Below, piece after piece: positions 25,882 to 36,065 of a stretch of DNA of 58,451 nucleotides. This stretch comes from Clostridia bacterium (lineage in GTDB: Bacteria > Bacillota > Clostridia > Christensenellales > Aristaeellaceae): positions 1 to 58,451 of the forward strand of contig CAAEUQ010000029.1 in the NCBI GenBank assembly GCA_900759005.1, written 5' to 3'. The position numbers and the translations under genes were made by a program. Numbering within the stretch: position 1 is the first letter of the stretch; each line of letters opens with the position of its first letter. The notes below the pieces were generated by a model. That model saw nothing but the letters and a program-made list of their open reading frames with translations, searched no databases and was not told where the DNA came from.

Positions 25882-25976
25882 TTCGATCAATCCTCTCGTG
25901 CGCGGCGAACGCCTTGATAAACCGATTCCACCGCCGGTGGTTTTTCCAGCGGTGGAATCGCTCGTTTGATTTGAAT

Positions 25977-27152
25977 TTACTTGTTTTCCAGATCAGCAAC
26001 CGTCTGCATCTTCACGAAGGTGAATTCGCCGGTCGCGTTGTCCACGCCTTTGATATACGCGGTGTCCTTGTCCGCATCGCCGTTTTCATCGAACACGATC
26101 ACGCCGGTCACGCCTTCATACGAAACCGTCTTCAGCGCCTCGCGGATCGCTTCGCCGTCCGCGCTGCCTGCCGCCTTGATCGCCTCGATCGCGACCATGT
26201 AAGCGTCATAGCCCAGCGCCGAAACCGCCGAAACCACGTCGTTGCCGCCGTTGTTGGTCAGTTTTTCGCTGTCAGCATTCAGATAATCCTGGAAGCCCTT
26301 GATGAACGCATCCGCCTGCTCGCTCGCGCCTTCGCACAGGAAGGTGGACATGCAAACCTCAACGTTCGTGCCCTTCGCCGCTTCCGAGATAACGGAGGAG
26401 TCCCACGTATCGCCCGCCAGCAGCGGAATCGCGAGGTTCATCGAAGCCGCCTGATTGATCAAAAGGGACGCCGAAGTGGTGGAGCTGGGGCAGAAAATGA
26501 CTTCCGCGCCTGCATTTATCGCGTTATTCAGATACGCGGAGAAATCGCTGTTGCCCTCGGGGAAGGTTTCGGCAGTGACCGTGCCGCCCATCGCTTCAAA
26601 CGCTTCCTGGAAATAATAGCCGAGGCCGGTAGAATAATCGTCGCCCAGCTGCGTAAGCACGTATGCGTTCTTCGCGCCGTACTGGTCCGCCGCAAAGCTC
26701 GCCATTACCTTGCCCTGGAACGGATCGAGGAAACACACGCGGAAATAGTAATCGCACAGCAGCGTGACGCTCGGGTTCGTGCAGGAGCAGCCGATTGCCG
26801 GAATGCCCGACGCCGCGAACACGTCGCCGCCCGCCATCGATACGCCCGAACCGTAGGAGCCGAGCACGATCGAAACGCCCGCGCCGACCAGCTCCGTCGC
26901 CGCAGAAACCGCCTTGTCCGTCGATGACTGATTGTCCACGATCACCAGTTCGACATCGTAAGTCGTGCCGCCGATGTCCACCGTGGGAACCTGGCTGTTC
27001 GCATACTGAATACCCAGCACTTCCTGCCTGCCGCCCGCGCCGTTATCGCCGCTCGCCGGCTCGAATACGCCAATTTTGATCGTCTCCGCAAACGCTGCGC
27101 ACGGAATCGCCGCCAGCGCCAATACGATAACCAGCGCAATCAATTTCTTCAT
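25977..27152 (-). CDS. livJ: Branched-chain amino acid ABC transporter substrate-binding protein (LivJ/K type)
   Basis: Signal peptide MKKLIALVIVLALAAIPCAAFAE, type I periplasmic-binding fold pattern. The start is set at ATG 27152 (GGGAGGAA upstream). Confidence 0.85.
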   Translation of the reverse strand: MKKLIALVIVLALAAIPCAAFAETIKIGVFEPASGDNGAGGRQEVLGIQYANSQVPTVDIGGTTYDVELVIVDNQSSTDKAVSAATELVGAGVSIVLGSYGSGVSMAGGDVFAASGIPAIGCSCTNPSVTLLCDYYFRVCFLDPFQGKVMASFAADQYGAKNAYVLTQLGDDYSTGLGYYFQEAFEAMGGTVTAETFPEGNSDFSAYLNNAINAGAEVIFCPSSTTSASLLINQAASMNLAIPLLAGDTWDSSVISEAAKGTNVEVCMSTFLCEGASEQADAFIKGFQDYLNADSEKLTNNGGNDVVSAVSALGYDAYMVAIEAIKAAGSADGEAIREALKTVSYEGVTGVIVFDENGDADKDTAYIKGVDNATGEFTFVKMQTVADLENK

Positions 27153-27363
27153 AAATCCGTTCCTCCCTTGAATTGATGGCGCAATTATACACTTTACCAC
27201 ACTAAATTGCAAGTTAAGTTTGTTTTGATTCATATTCGGATTGTTTTTTCGGATTTGCATTCGATATTTGCAGGATGTGCATTTATAGCATTTATCATGT
27301 GCGTATTACACGGACACATGTTCAATTCAAACGTACATTTTAGCTTTCGAACGACCAAAAATA

Positions 27364-27413
27364 CTAAAAAATGTCCGCGAATCAAGGACAGTTTGCTCCT
27401 CAATCGCGGACAT
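27364..27413 (-). terminator. Intrinsic terminator downstream of the 27499-28089 gene
   Basis: 10-bp stem ATGTCCGCGA (27371-27380) / TCGCGGACAT (27404-27413). On the minus strand it is followed by TTTTTT. Confidence 0.65.
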
Positions 27414-27498
27414 TTCAGCAGCGCGCAGGCGCTTGCAATTCAATTTCCATAGGGTTCAGAAAAGGCTTCGTCACAAATTCTTCAAATTTGCAGTCGGC

Positions 27499-28089
27499 TC
27501 ATTTTCTCTCGAGCGGCTCGAATGCAATCGCTTCTCCGGCGATTTTCAGATAATCGAGCAGCTCCTTCTCGGCGGCATAGCTCTCGCCGTCGGGCGCGTA
27601 AAGGCTGATGATGCAGGCGGCGAAGCAGGTTTCATCGATCGGGAAATAACCAATCAGCGATTGCTCGTATGCCGTCGCCCCCTCGCTGTCGGGATAGCTG
27701 CACGTATAATGGAAGAACGTGCAATCCCTGTCGCCGATGCGCGCGTTTTGCAATTCAGATGTGACGCAATCCTCATAATACAGTGGAAACGCCTTTCGCG
27801 CCGAATCCGCCAAAACCGAGGGATCACCGTAACCCGTGGTATAGTAAAAGAAGCGAATCGGGCTCTCCGAATCCTCGGGCGCGAAATAGATTTCCGGCTC
27901 CGTACCGTTCGGCATTACGCCCTCGAGCCGCGCAAAGCCCTCCGGCTGGCTGACCTCGGCGACCTTCAGATACGCGTCCTCGATTTTCGCAATCAGCCAA
28001 TCGGGCTTCTGTCCTTCGATCAATTCCGCCAGCGCGCCGTTTGCGATCAGAAGCAGCGCCGCAGTCAGCGCAAGAATTCTCTTTTTCAT
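27499..28089 (-). CDS. Secreted hypothetical protein
   Basis: Signal peptide MKKRILALTAALLLIANGALAE. No recognised domain. Confidence 0.6.
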   Translation of the reverse strand: MKKRILALTAALLLIANGALAELIEGQKPDWLIAKIEDAYLKVAEVSQPEGFARLEGVMPNGTEPEIYFAPEDSESPIRFFYYTTGYGDPSVLADSARKAFPLYYEDCVTSELQNARIGDRDCTFFHYTCSYPDSEGATAYEQSLIGYFPIDETCFAACIISLYAPDGESYAAEKELLDYLKIAGEAIAFEPLERK

Positions 28090-28108
28090 ATTCAACCTCG
28101 TTTTTTGC

Positions 28109-29149
28109 TTATTTTGCACGTTTGCCCGCCAGCCGCGCCGTGAATCCGATCACGATCAGCATGATCGCCGTCCACGCAATCGCCCAGCCGGTCGTTCCCT
28201 GCTTCAGATAGAACGGAAACGGCGCGCTCTTGCGATACAGCGGCATCACGCCGATTCGGCTAACGGCGAAGATGGTCAGGTTGCTCGCGAGCAGAAAATA
28301 CAACGAATTCGCGCCCATATTGCCGAGCGGCTTGAGTGCAATCGCCGCCTTATCGCCGATTCTATCCGCCAGCGCTTTCAGCGACACGTGCGCAACGGCA
28401 ATCGGCAGCCACGCGAGCAGGATCCACCAGATGCTCGGCGGGAATCGCGAAGGCTCGCCGGCGATCAGCGTTCGCGCAAGCCCTGCGCCGGTCAGAAGCG
28501 CCGCGCCGAGAATCCAGAAGCCCGGCTTTCGCATTCCGTATTTGGAAATGTACATTCCCATCAGAAAATACGGCAGATACTGCAAAATCGGGAAAAACGA
28601 CGCCTGCCGCCCGCCGATCAGCATGGCGATGCGAATATTTGCAATCTGATCGTACGGAATGAACACTGCGGCAAAGCTCAGCGTCCAGACGATCCAGAAC
28701 GCGATTTTGCAATTCAGCAGCTTTTTCCACACGGGGAACAGGACGATTGCCGCTGCGCCGTACAGTGCGAACGAAATCAGGAATTCGCTCCACCCCGGGA
28801 ACGCCTTCAGCACGGCGACCTGCCGAATCACCGGAAACGAAAAATCCTTGCCCTCGACCAACACGCGATACCCCACGCCCGAAATCACGAACGCGGCATA
28901 TGCCCGCAGCGCCGAACGGAGCATTTTGAATCCGACCGCTTTGAATGGTTTTTCCAGATAGGCGATTTGGATGCTGCGCCCATAGGCGAATGTAAACGCC
29001 GAAAACGCCGTCGCATTGACTGCGAACGTAATCCAATACTGCACCGAATCCTCGCCGACGCGTCCGAAAAACTGCAGCACATGGCACAGCACCATCGCCG
29101 CAATCAGAATACCCTTTCCCCAATCGATCTCGCGACGCCGCAAGCGCAT
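28109..29149 (-). CDS. Membrane acyltransferase family 3 protein
   Basis: N-terminal R-x3-E-x-D-x-x-KG-x6-V-x3-H pattern (RREIDWGKGILIAAMVLCH). About 10 TM segments. Confidence 0.7.
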   Translation of the reverse strand: MRLRRREIDWGKGILIAAMVLCHVLQFFGRVGEDSVQYWITFAVNATAFSAFTFAYGRSIQIAYLEKPFKAVGFKMLRSALRAYAAFVISGVGYRVLVEGKDFSFPVIRQVAVLKAFPGWSEFLISFALYGAAAIVLFPVWKKLLNCKIAFWIVWTLSFAAVFIPYDQIANIRIAMLIGGRQASFFPILQYLPYFLMGMYISKYGMRKPGFWILGAALLTGAGLARTLIAGEPSRFPPSIWWILLAWLPIAVAHVSLKALADRIGDKAAIALKPLGNMGANSLYFLLASNLTIFAVSRIGVMPLYRKSAPFPFYLKQGTTGWAIAWTAIMLIVIGFTARLAGKRAK

Positions 29150-29200
29150 TCCCCCTCGACGCCAAAATCGGGAGGACGCGCGTCCTCCCTTCCAATTTAA

Positions 29201-30067
29201 TTATCCTTTGATGCCCGCCAGTGTGATGCCTTTCACGATCTGCTTTTCAAAGATGATGAAGAACACCAGAATCGGAATCGACGCGATCATGTTCACCGTC
29301 ATCGGCACGGTTTTATCCACGCTGAACTGACTGATGAACGTCGGAATGCCGACCGGCAGCGTGAACATATCTTCGCTCATGGCGCACAGATACGGCCAGA
29401 GATAGCTGTTCCAGTTGCCGATGAATGTAAAGATCGACACCGTGACCATGACCGTTCGCGCCAGCGGCAGGACGACGTTTACGAACGTCGACAATTCGCC
29501 CGCGCCGTCGATGCGCGCCGCCTCGATCAGGTCGTTCGGAATGCCGCGCAGGAAGCTCGTCATGATGATGATGTTCATTGAGCCCGCCAGCGACGGCAGA
29601 ATCAGCCCCCAATACGTATCGATCATGCCCAGCTTGTTTGCGAGCACGAACAGCGAAACGATCGTCGCCTCGCCGGGCACCATCAGACCGATCAGGAAAT
29701 AGATATACATCGCCTTGGAATAGCGGAACTTCAGCTTTGCCATCGCATACGACGCCATCGCGCACAGAAGCGTGGTCAGCACTGTTACAATCGCAGCGAC
29801 GCCGAAGCTGTTCAGCACCCAGCGGACGACCTGCGGTCTGCCGGTCAATACATCGGTATAGTTCTGAACCGTAAACGGCGGCACAAAATACTGGAATGCG
29901 CTCGGCATACTTGCCTCGTCCGTTTTCAGCGACACGCACGCCATCCAGAGAATCGGCAAAAAGATGATCATTGCCAGCAGGATCGATACGAGCTCCAATA
30001 CGGCCGAGCCCACGGTCGTTCTTTTGGACATTCCGGAGGAACCCTGCATCGCTTTGCGCTTCTGCAT
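29201..30067 (-). CDS. Carbohydrate ABC transporter permease (MalG-like)
   Basis: EAA loop (LIEAARIDGAGELSTFVNVVLP). 6 TM segments. Confidence 0.88.
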   Translation of the reverse strand: MQKRKAMQGSSGMSKRTTVGSAVLELVSILLAMIIFLPILWMACVSLKTDEASMPSAFQYFVPPFTVQNYTDVLTGRPQVVRWVLNSFGVAAIVTVLTTLLCAMASYAMAKLKFRYSKAMYIYFLIGLMVPGEATIVSLFVLANKLGMIDTYWGLILPSLAGSMNIIIMTSFLRGIPNDLIEAARIDGAGELSTFVNVVLPLARTVMVTVSIFTFIGNWNSYLWPYLCAMSEDMFTLPVGIPTFISQFSVDKTVPMTVNMIASIPILVFFIIFEKQIVKGITLAGIKG

Positions 30068-30068
30068 A

Positions 30069-30992
30069 TTACATTTCCTCCTTTGCCTGAATTCTGCGCT
30101 GCACGAGCGTGAGCAAAATCAGAATAAAGAACAGCACGAAGGACATCGCGCACGCGGGGCCGAGCTTCTGCTTCGTAAACGCCTGCTCGTAAATATACTG
30201 AATCAGCGGGCGCGTGGCTCTGCCGGGGCCGCCGCCGGTGATCAGCTTGACCTGCGCATAGACCTTGAACGACGCGATGATCTGGAGCATCAGAATCAGA
30301 AGCGTCGTGCGCTTCAGCATCGGCAATGTCACGTAAAACAGCTGCTGCTTCGGCGTTGCGCCATCGATTGACGCAGCTTCGTACAGGCGATCCGGAATGT
30401 CCTGAAGCGCCGATACGTAGAGCATCATGTTATAGCCCTGCGTCCACCACAGCGTGGCGACCACGACCGTGACCCACGCCAGATGCTTGTCCTTCAGCCA
30501 GAAGATTTCATAATTAGGGTCGACGCCGAGCGTATGCATGAGCTTGCTGAGAAAGCCCATATCGTACGGCTGCGCCATGAAAATCGCGATGTAGGAAATG
30601 ACCGAAACCGAAAGCAGGTTCGGCAGGAAATAGATCGTGCGATAGACGCGTTTCGCCTTCGTCGCGCGATTCGCCAGCAGCGCAAGCCCCAGCGAAGAAA
30701 TCATGATCACCGGCGTGGAATACAGAACGAACTTCGTCGTGTTCCAGAGCGCCAGCCAGAAAAAGGAATCGCCAAAAATGGTCTGGTAATTGTTAAAGCC
30801 CACATAGCCCTGCTTACCCATCAGATTCCATTTGAAAAAGCTGATATAGCCGCCCTGCAGGACGGGGTAAATCGTAAATACCGTATACAGAATCGTAAAC
30901 GGCAGCAGGAAGCAAGCGGCGACGATATCGCCGCGAATCGCCCGCTTTTTCAGTGCACTGCGCGTCAACGCGCTCGTCGGCAGCGTTTGCAT
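30069..30992 (-). CDS. Carbohydrate ABC transporter permease (MalF-like)
   Basis: EAA loop (LYEAASIDGATPKQQLFYVTLP). GGGAGGA RBS. Confidence 0.88.
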   Translation of the reverse strand: MQTLPTSALTRSALKKRAIRGDIVAACFLLPFTILYTVFTIYPVLQGGYISFFKWNLMGKQGYVGFNNYQTIFGDSFFWLALWNTTKFVLYSTPVIMISSLGLALLANRATKAKRVYRTIYFLPNLLSVSVISYIAIFMAQPYDMGFLSKLMHTLGVDPNYEIFWLKDKHLAWVTVVVATLWWTQGYNMMLYVSALQDIPDRLYEAASIDGATPKQQLFYVTLPMLKRTTLLILMLQIIASFKVYAQVKLITGGGPGRATRPLIQYIYEQAFTKQKLGPACAMSFVLFFILILLTLVQRRIQAKEEM

Positions 30993-31110
30993 CCGGATTC
31001 CTCCCTCGTCGAATCAAAGGCGCTTTCGTCCTTGATTCGATCTCATTTTTGATTGGGCAGCCGGGCCGACCGCCTTTTTTACGATCGACCCGGCGATTTT
31101 CCCGATGAAA

Positions 31111-32406
31111 TTACGCGATGGTCGCCTGAATTTCTTCAACGATCATGTCGTAAGTCGTTTCCGCATCCTGTTCGCCAGAGAGGAACGCGCCAATCTGGGC
31201 AATCAGAGCATCGCGGATCGGGTAGGAATACGGATTGGATTCAAAGTATACGACGTAGTTCGCCGCATCCGCATAGTCCGCGCGATAGGGCATCGCCGCA
31301 TATTCTTCGGAATTGACGATGTTGACATTCGCAACCACGTGGCCGGCGGTCGCCCACTGGATGGAGTTCTTGGAAGCAAAATCAAAGAACTTCATCGCGC
31401 CAACGAGCTGCTCCTCGGTATGGGAAGCCTTGGTGGGAATGATGAAGGTGTGGCTGTCGCCCCAGATCGCGTAGTCGCCTTCGCCGCCGAAGCACTGCGG
31501 GATCAGGGTTACGCCGAAGTTCAGACCTTCGGTGTTTTCCATGGTGAAGGTGTTCCAAACGCCGCCAATCGCGATCGCCGCGTTGCCCGCCGCAAAGTAC
31601 TGAACATAGTCTTCGAGGTTCAGCGGGATGTAGCCGTCGTCGTACCAGGTCTTGATGTAATTCAGGACCTCGACGGTCTTGTCCTTCTCGAGCTCGATGT
31701 CGAGGTCAGAGGTGATGACCGGCTTGCCGCCGTCCTGATAATAGAAGCCCCACCAGATGCGGAACACGTCGTCGCCCGTGGTCGGGAACGCGAATACGCT
31801 CTTGCCTTCCGGCAGCGTCGCCTTGACTTCGCCCAGCCACTTGGAGAATTCCTCCGCGCCGGTGGGAATCGTCAGAGTGCCGTCCTCGTTGAGGAAGTCC
31901 TTGAGCAGATCCTTGTTGTAATACAGGACGTTCGGATGGGTGTCCAGCGGAACGGCATAGATGCTGCCGTCGATGGTGCACGCCGCAAGGTTGTTCTGAT
32001 TGACCATCGTCCAGTCGAAGTCAATCTTGGAAGCCGGCTCGTCCAGCGCAGTAACGACGCCCAGGTCGTACAGCTCCGGCAGCTTCGCCAGATGGCTGAT
32101 GCCGATTTCAGGGCCCTTGCCAACCGCAACTGCGGTGGTCAGCTTCGTGTAGTATTCGCCCCAGTCCAGCTGGACGTTGCGAACGGTGTATTCCGGATTC
32201 GTCGCGTTGTAATTGGCTACGATGCTTTCCATTACGGATCCTTCGCCGCCGCTGAAGAGCGACCAGAACATCAGTTCCTTATCGCCGGCAACGATGGCTT
32301 CGGGGTTCTCGACGACGCCTTTGTCGTTCACGATGACTTCCTCAGCCAGCGCGAAGCTGCTCAGCGCGAGCAGCAGAACCAGAATCAGGCTCAACAGTTT
32401 TTTCAT
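31111..32406 (-). CDS. Carbohydrate ABC transporter substrate-binding protein (family 1)
   Basis: Signal peptide MKKLLSLILVLLLALSSFALAE, 431 aa, located next to the MalFG-type permeases. No ATPase gene is in the cluster. Confidence 0.85.
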   Translation of the reverse strand: MKKLLSLILVLLLALSSFALAEEVIVNDKGVVENPEAIVAGDKELMFWSLFSGGEGSVMESIVANYNATNPEYTVRNVQLDWGEYYTKLTTAVAVGKGPEIGISHLAKLPELYDLGVVTALDEPASKIDFDWTMVNQNNLAACTIDGSIYAVPLDTHPNVLYYNKDLLKDFLNEDGTLTIPTGAEEFSKWLGEVKATLPEGKSVFAFPTTGDDVFRIWWGFYYQDGGKPVITSDLDIELEKDKTVEVLNYIKTWYDDGYIPLNLEDYVQYFAAGNAAIAIGGVWNTFTMENTEGLNFGVTLIPQCFGGEGDYAIWGDSHTFIIPTKASHTEEQLVGAMKFFDFASKNSIQWATAGHVVANVNIVNSEEYAAMPYRADYADAANYVVYFESNPYSYPIRDALIAQIGAFLSGEQDAETTYDMIVEEIQATIA

Positions 32407-32627
32407 TGGGTGTACGCTCCTTTCTTATTTACAACCCCCTCTTTCGGGGCTATAATCGCAGACTGGGGTTTTACAAAATAAAAAACGCCTTTATTTACGA
32501 ATATAGTTTTGAATAAGTTTAGAGCCGCCCACGGCAGGGCGATAAGTTTTGCCGCAATTTCAAACTCTGGAGTCTTCCTTCAAACGCGAACCTTTCTTCG
32601 GATCAATGATATTTTTTAAGAGGGTTT

Positions 32628-32657
32628 CGCGGGGGATTCGCTCCCCCGCGTTTTTTT
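32628..32657 (+). terminator. Strong hairpin plus T7 run oriented on the plus strand (orphan terminator)
   Basis: CGCGGGGG (32628-32635) / CCCCCGCG (32643-32650) with a 7-nt loop, followed by TTTTTTT (32651-32657). All flanking genes are on the minus strand. Confidence 0.5.
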
Positions 32658-32663
32658 GTTTCA

Positions 32664-32801
32664 GGTAACGCCGCGCAAATGAGGCGGTCGGCTGGCGAGA
32701 TGCAAATGCAAATTTCGAAGGTAAATCGAAAAATTTGTTTGCCGCAGATGGCGGGAAAGCCATCGCCCGACGCGCCGCCGGATTAGGCGTCAGCGCTTTA
32801 A
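32664..32801 (-). repeat. Family-B element, copy B2 (inverted, internally deleted, one arm decayed)
   Basis: The reverse complement aligns with B1: CGGCGGCGCGTC.GGCGATG.CTTT.CCGCCATCTGCGGCA...TTCGAAATTTGCATTTGCATCT...CGCCAGCCGACC.CCTCATTTG.GCGG.GTTACCT. The apex GGTTTACCGCCAGTAAACC and about 13 nt are missing. Confidence 0.7.
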
Positions 32802-32911
32802 TTGTATCTCGTAGGCGGATTGGTGGTGAGCTTCGCGAAGCGATCGGGATCGATCTTCGGCTTGCGGTCGGGCGTAAGCAGACCGTTCGTCTCCTGCTGA
32901 ACGTCCGTCAG

Positions 32912-34555
32912 CTACGTATAGCAATAGCCCTGGCAACCCGGAATTTCAAACAGCGCCTTCTGGAGCGACGCATAGCGCTCGAAGAAGGATTCGACGCCGG
33001 ACACCTTGTCGTGATAGCCCCAGGATTCCTCGTCGCCGTCCGCAAATGCGATTCCGCCGTATTCGGTAACCAGAAGCGCCTCGTCCTTTCCGCGGGGATA
33101 GCCCTCCGCGCGGCAGATGCGATGGTCGTTGCTGCCCTTTTCCAGCGTGTGCGCGTCCGCGAAATGCGCATAGAGCATATCGCCGTAAGCCGCATAATCG
33201 TGCAGGCCGTAAATGTCCGTGCGCGTCTGCTCCCAGCCGTCGTTGACGCTGACCAGGCGCGTGCCGTCCAGCGCTTTGGCTTCGCAGTACAGCATTTCGG
33301 ACGCCATCTGCATTCTCTTATCGGTAAGAATGCGATCCACGCCCCAGCTCTCGTTCAGCGGCACCCACGTAATGATCGACGGGTGGTTGAAATCGCGCTC
33401 AATGAAGCCGTACAGCGTTTCGGAAAGGTTGTGAACGGAATCCTGCGTAAATTCATACGTACTCGGGATTTCGCCCCAGACAATCAGCCCCATCTTGTCC
33501 GCCCAGTAATAATAGCGCGGATCCTCGAGCTTCTGATGCTTGCGCGCGCCGTTATAGCCGAATTTCTTCGTCCATTCGATATCCGCCTTGAGCGCTTCAT
33601 CGCTCGGCGGGGTCAGGAGGGATTCATCCCAATAGCCCTGATCGAGAATCAGGCGCTGATACAGCGGATGATTGTTCAGGAAGATGAATCCGTCGCGCGC
33701 TTCGATCTTGCGCATGCCAAAATAGGTCTTGACATGATCGCCGTTCGACAATTCGATCTCCAGATCGTACAGCGCCGGATTCGTCGGCTCCCATTTGAAG
33801 AAGCCGGTAATATTGTTGCCCGACACCATATCGAACACGATTCTCTGGCTGCGCTCGGTCAGCAGCTGCGTCTGCGTGCGGAAGGGCTTGCCCTCGAAGG
33901 TCAGGGTGAATTTCGCCTCGATCGGCATTTCCGGCGCGCGCTCAAGCGTAACGCGCAGCGAAGCGGTGCCCGCGTCGATGTCCGGCGTTACGTGTGCGGT
34001 CTGAATCGCATTGTCCGCGACCGCCTCGAGATAAACCGTCTGCCAGACGCCGCTCGTGGGCACATACCAGCAGCCGAACCACTTATCGAACCAGTTCTGC
34101 TTGCCGCGCGGCTGCGTGCAATCGCGGGGATCGCTCACGCGCAGGCAAAGATCGTTCTCGCCGTCCTGAAGGAACGGCGTCGCGTCCACGGAAAACGGCG
34201 TATAGCCGCCACGATGGGAACCGACCGCATTTCCGTTGACATACACAGTGCATTCAAAATCGACCGCGCCGAAGCGAACCCACACGCGCTTTCCCTGCAT
34301 TTCGGCGGGCACAACGAATTTGCGTCGATACCAGATCGTATCGTGGCGCTCGTTCAGACCGATGCCGCTCGCCTTGGATTCAAAGCAGAACGGAACGATG
34401 ATCGTGCGATCGAGCGTCTTTTCTGGCATATACCACTTTTCCTTCAGGCCGGCGTTTGCGTCGTCGAACGCGAACTGCCATTCACCATTCAGATTCAGCC
34501 AATCTGGACGAATAAAATCCGGACGCGGATGTTCGGGGCGCGGAATTGTCTGCAT
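32912..34555 (-). CDS. Glycoside hydrolase family 2 (beta-glucuronidase/beta-galactosidase-like, short form)
   Basis: NHPSIITWVPLNESWG (acid/base region) and LLVTEYGG (nucleophile region). An N-terminal sugar-binding beta-sandwich is present. Length is 547 aa. Confidence 0.8.
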   Translation of the reverse strand: MQTIPRPEHPRPDFIRPDWLNLNGEWQFAFDDANAGLKEKWYMPEKTLDRTIIVPFCFESKASGIGLNERHDTIWYRRKFVVPAEMQGKRVWVRFGAVDFECTVYVNGNAVGSHRGGYTPFSVDATPFLQDGENDLCLRVSDPRDCTQPRGKQNWFDKWFGCWYVPTSGVWQTVYLEAVADNAIQTAHVTPDIDAGTASLRVTLERAPEMPIEAKFTLTFEGKPFRTQTQLLTERSQRIVFDMVSGNNITGFFKWEPTNPALYDLEIELSNGDHVKTYFGMRKIEARDGFIFLNNHPLYQRLILDQGYWDESLLTPPSDEALKADIEWTKKFGYNGARKHQKLEDPRYYYWADKMGLIVWGEIPSTYEFTQDSVHNLSETLYGFIERDFNHPSIITWVPLNESWGVDRILTDKRMQMASEMLYCEAKALDGTRLVSVNDGWEQTRTDIYGLHDYAAYGDMLYAHFADAHTLEKGSNDHRICRAEGYPRGKDEALLVTEYGGIAFADGDEESWGYHDKVSGVESFFERYASLQKALFEIPGCQGYCYT

Positions 34556-34697
34556 AATGATAGCTCCTTTTTCTTTGTGTAAATCCGTTTGTGCTTTTTA
34601 GCATTTCTTAGCTGGCATAAATATTATTTTTTGAACCATATTTCTATTCCATTTTAGCACATTATCCCTTTTCCGTCAACCGCTTTGATAACATTTT

Positions 34698-34736
34698 GAA
34701 AACCTGTACCGGCCAATGCGTTTGGTACAGGTTTTC
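34698..34736 (-). terminator. Intrinsic terminator after the ArsR-like regulator gene
   Basis: GAAAACCTGTACC (34698-34710) / GGTACAGGTTTTC (34724-34736). A- and T-runs are built into the stem, so it could work in both directions. Confidence 0.65.
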
Positions 34737-34744
34737 CGAAGTAT

Positions 34745-35686
34745 TCACTTGAATTCTGCGCACATTTGGATGTCCTGCGGATAATCACCGAAGTTTTTGC
34801 CGAACAGATTCAGTCCGCCGGCGTGGCCCGCGAGCTTGCGCGCGCCGATGGTGAGCGTAATGTAATCGCCGCTTTCCAGATTCAGCGCGTCAAGACCCAC
34901 ACCGGAGAGGGGAACGCCGTCGAGCGAAGTTCCATGACAGCTGATGCGCCATGTCTTTAATTGACCGTACTGCGAGTTTGAATCGCCCCACCACGCGGGA
35001 TTCAGCCGTCCGCGCCGTCCGCCGAAATCGCTCGGGCAATGCCAGACGCCGATTTCGACGCCGTTGACACGCACGTAGATGTCGCTGGGCCAATCCATAT
35101 TGTAAAACGGCGCTTCGGAGCAGGCTTCAAACGAGAATTCCAGCGATTCAAGTCTTTTCGCGTTCAGCTTCGGAAACGCGTATTCGACGAAGCCCTCGCG
35201 CATCCACATCAGCGACGCTCTGAACCGGTTCGGCGAATAGAATTCCTCGGGCATATCGTCCATGCCGAACGGGCCCTCCGCCGCAGCGAGCCCGCAGGTC
35301 GGCGCAACGTCGCCCACGCGGATGAATCCGCCGACCGGCATGGAAAATTCGCGCCTTTGAACCTCCGGCTGCTCCTCGGGAACCAGATCGATCATGATCT
35401 GATCGATTCTCCGGCTGCACAGCTTCAGCGTGCCGCGCACGCCGGGCTGCGTGTCGCAGACGATCAGTCCTGCCTTTTCGAGCACCTGAACGTTCAGCGC
35501 GACGGTTGACACCGGCATATCCAGTTCGCGCGCCAGTTCGTTGACGCTTTTGCTGTTCCATGCGATGCAGCGGATGATTTTCAGCCGAAGCTCCGTCGAC
35601 AGTGCGTGGAACACCGGCTGAATCTCTTCAAGCCGCTCGATATTCAGTGCGACTTCCTTGCTGAGAAAATTCGGGGTTCTCTGCAT
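34745..35686 (-). CDS. ArsR-family winged-helix regulator with a roughly 200-aa C-terminal domain of unknown function
   Basis: N-terminal ALSTELRLKIIRCIAWNSKSVNELARELDMPVSTVALNVQVLEKAGLI is a wHTH. It lies upstream of the GH2/ABC cluster on the same strand. Confidence 0.7.
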   Translation of the reverse strand: MQRTPNFLSKEVALNIERLEEIQPVFHALSTELRLKIIRCIAWNSKSVNELARELDMPVSTVALNVQVLEKAGLIVCDTQPGVRGTLKLCSRRIDQIMIDLVPEEQPEVQRREFSMPVGGFIRVGDVAPTCGLAAAEGPFGMDDMPEEFYSPNRFRASLMWMREGFVEYAFPKLNAKRLESLEFSFEACSEAPFYNMDWPSDIYVRVNGVEIGVWHCPSDFGGRRGRLNPAWWGDSNSQYGQLKTWRISCHGTSLDGVPLSGVGLDALNLESGDYITLTIGARKLAGHAGGLNLFGKNFGDYPQDIQMCAEFK

Positions 35687-35744
35687 GAGGATTTCCCTCC
35701 TTCGCCCTTCATTTTACCGCAAATTCGCGCTTTCTGCAAGCGCT

Positions 35745-36065
35745 TCAGAAAAGCCGCATCGCGATCATGACCGCCGCCGTGCCCAGGAGGATGCTCAGAA
35801 GCGTATTCTTCTTCCATTTATAGCTCGCAACCACGACCGCCACGCCCAGCGCCTGCGGAACGCCGGTATTGACCGGATCGGCAAACGCGTCCTTCAGACA
35901 ATACACCACCAGCACCGCCATAATCGCCATCGGCAGCGCGTTTCCCAGCCGCTTGAGCCATTCCGGCATCGGTCGATTCTCCGTAAAAATCAGAAACGGC
36001 AGTGCGCGCAGCCCGAGCGTGCACGCAACCGACACGCCGATTGCCGCGAGAACATATCCGCTCAT
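35745..36065 (-). CDS. azlD: Branched-chain amino acid exporter small subunit AzlD
   Basis: 106-aa, 3-4 TM protein overlapping the upstream azlC by 4 nt. Confidence 0.75.
   Translation of the reverse strand: MSGYVLAAIGVSVACTLGLRALPFLIFTENRPMPEWLKRLGNALPMAIMAVLVVYCLKDAFADPVNTGVPQALGVAVVVASYKWKKNTLLSILLGTAAVMIAMRLF

Noticed and set aside
27153-27498. The AT-rich 345-bp region upstream of livJ as a possible T-box or other riboswitch leader.
   Set aside because: I could not find the conserved T-box sequence, a specifier-loop context or any other riboswitch core by eye. The region does contain the terminator of the upstream gene and is otherwise consistent with a plain promoter region. A covariance-model scan would be needed to be sure.
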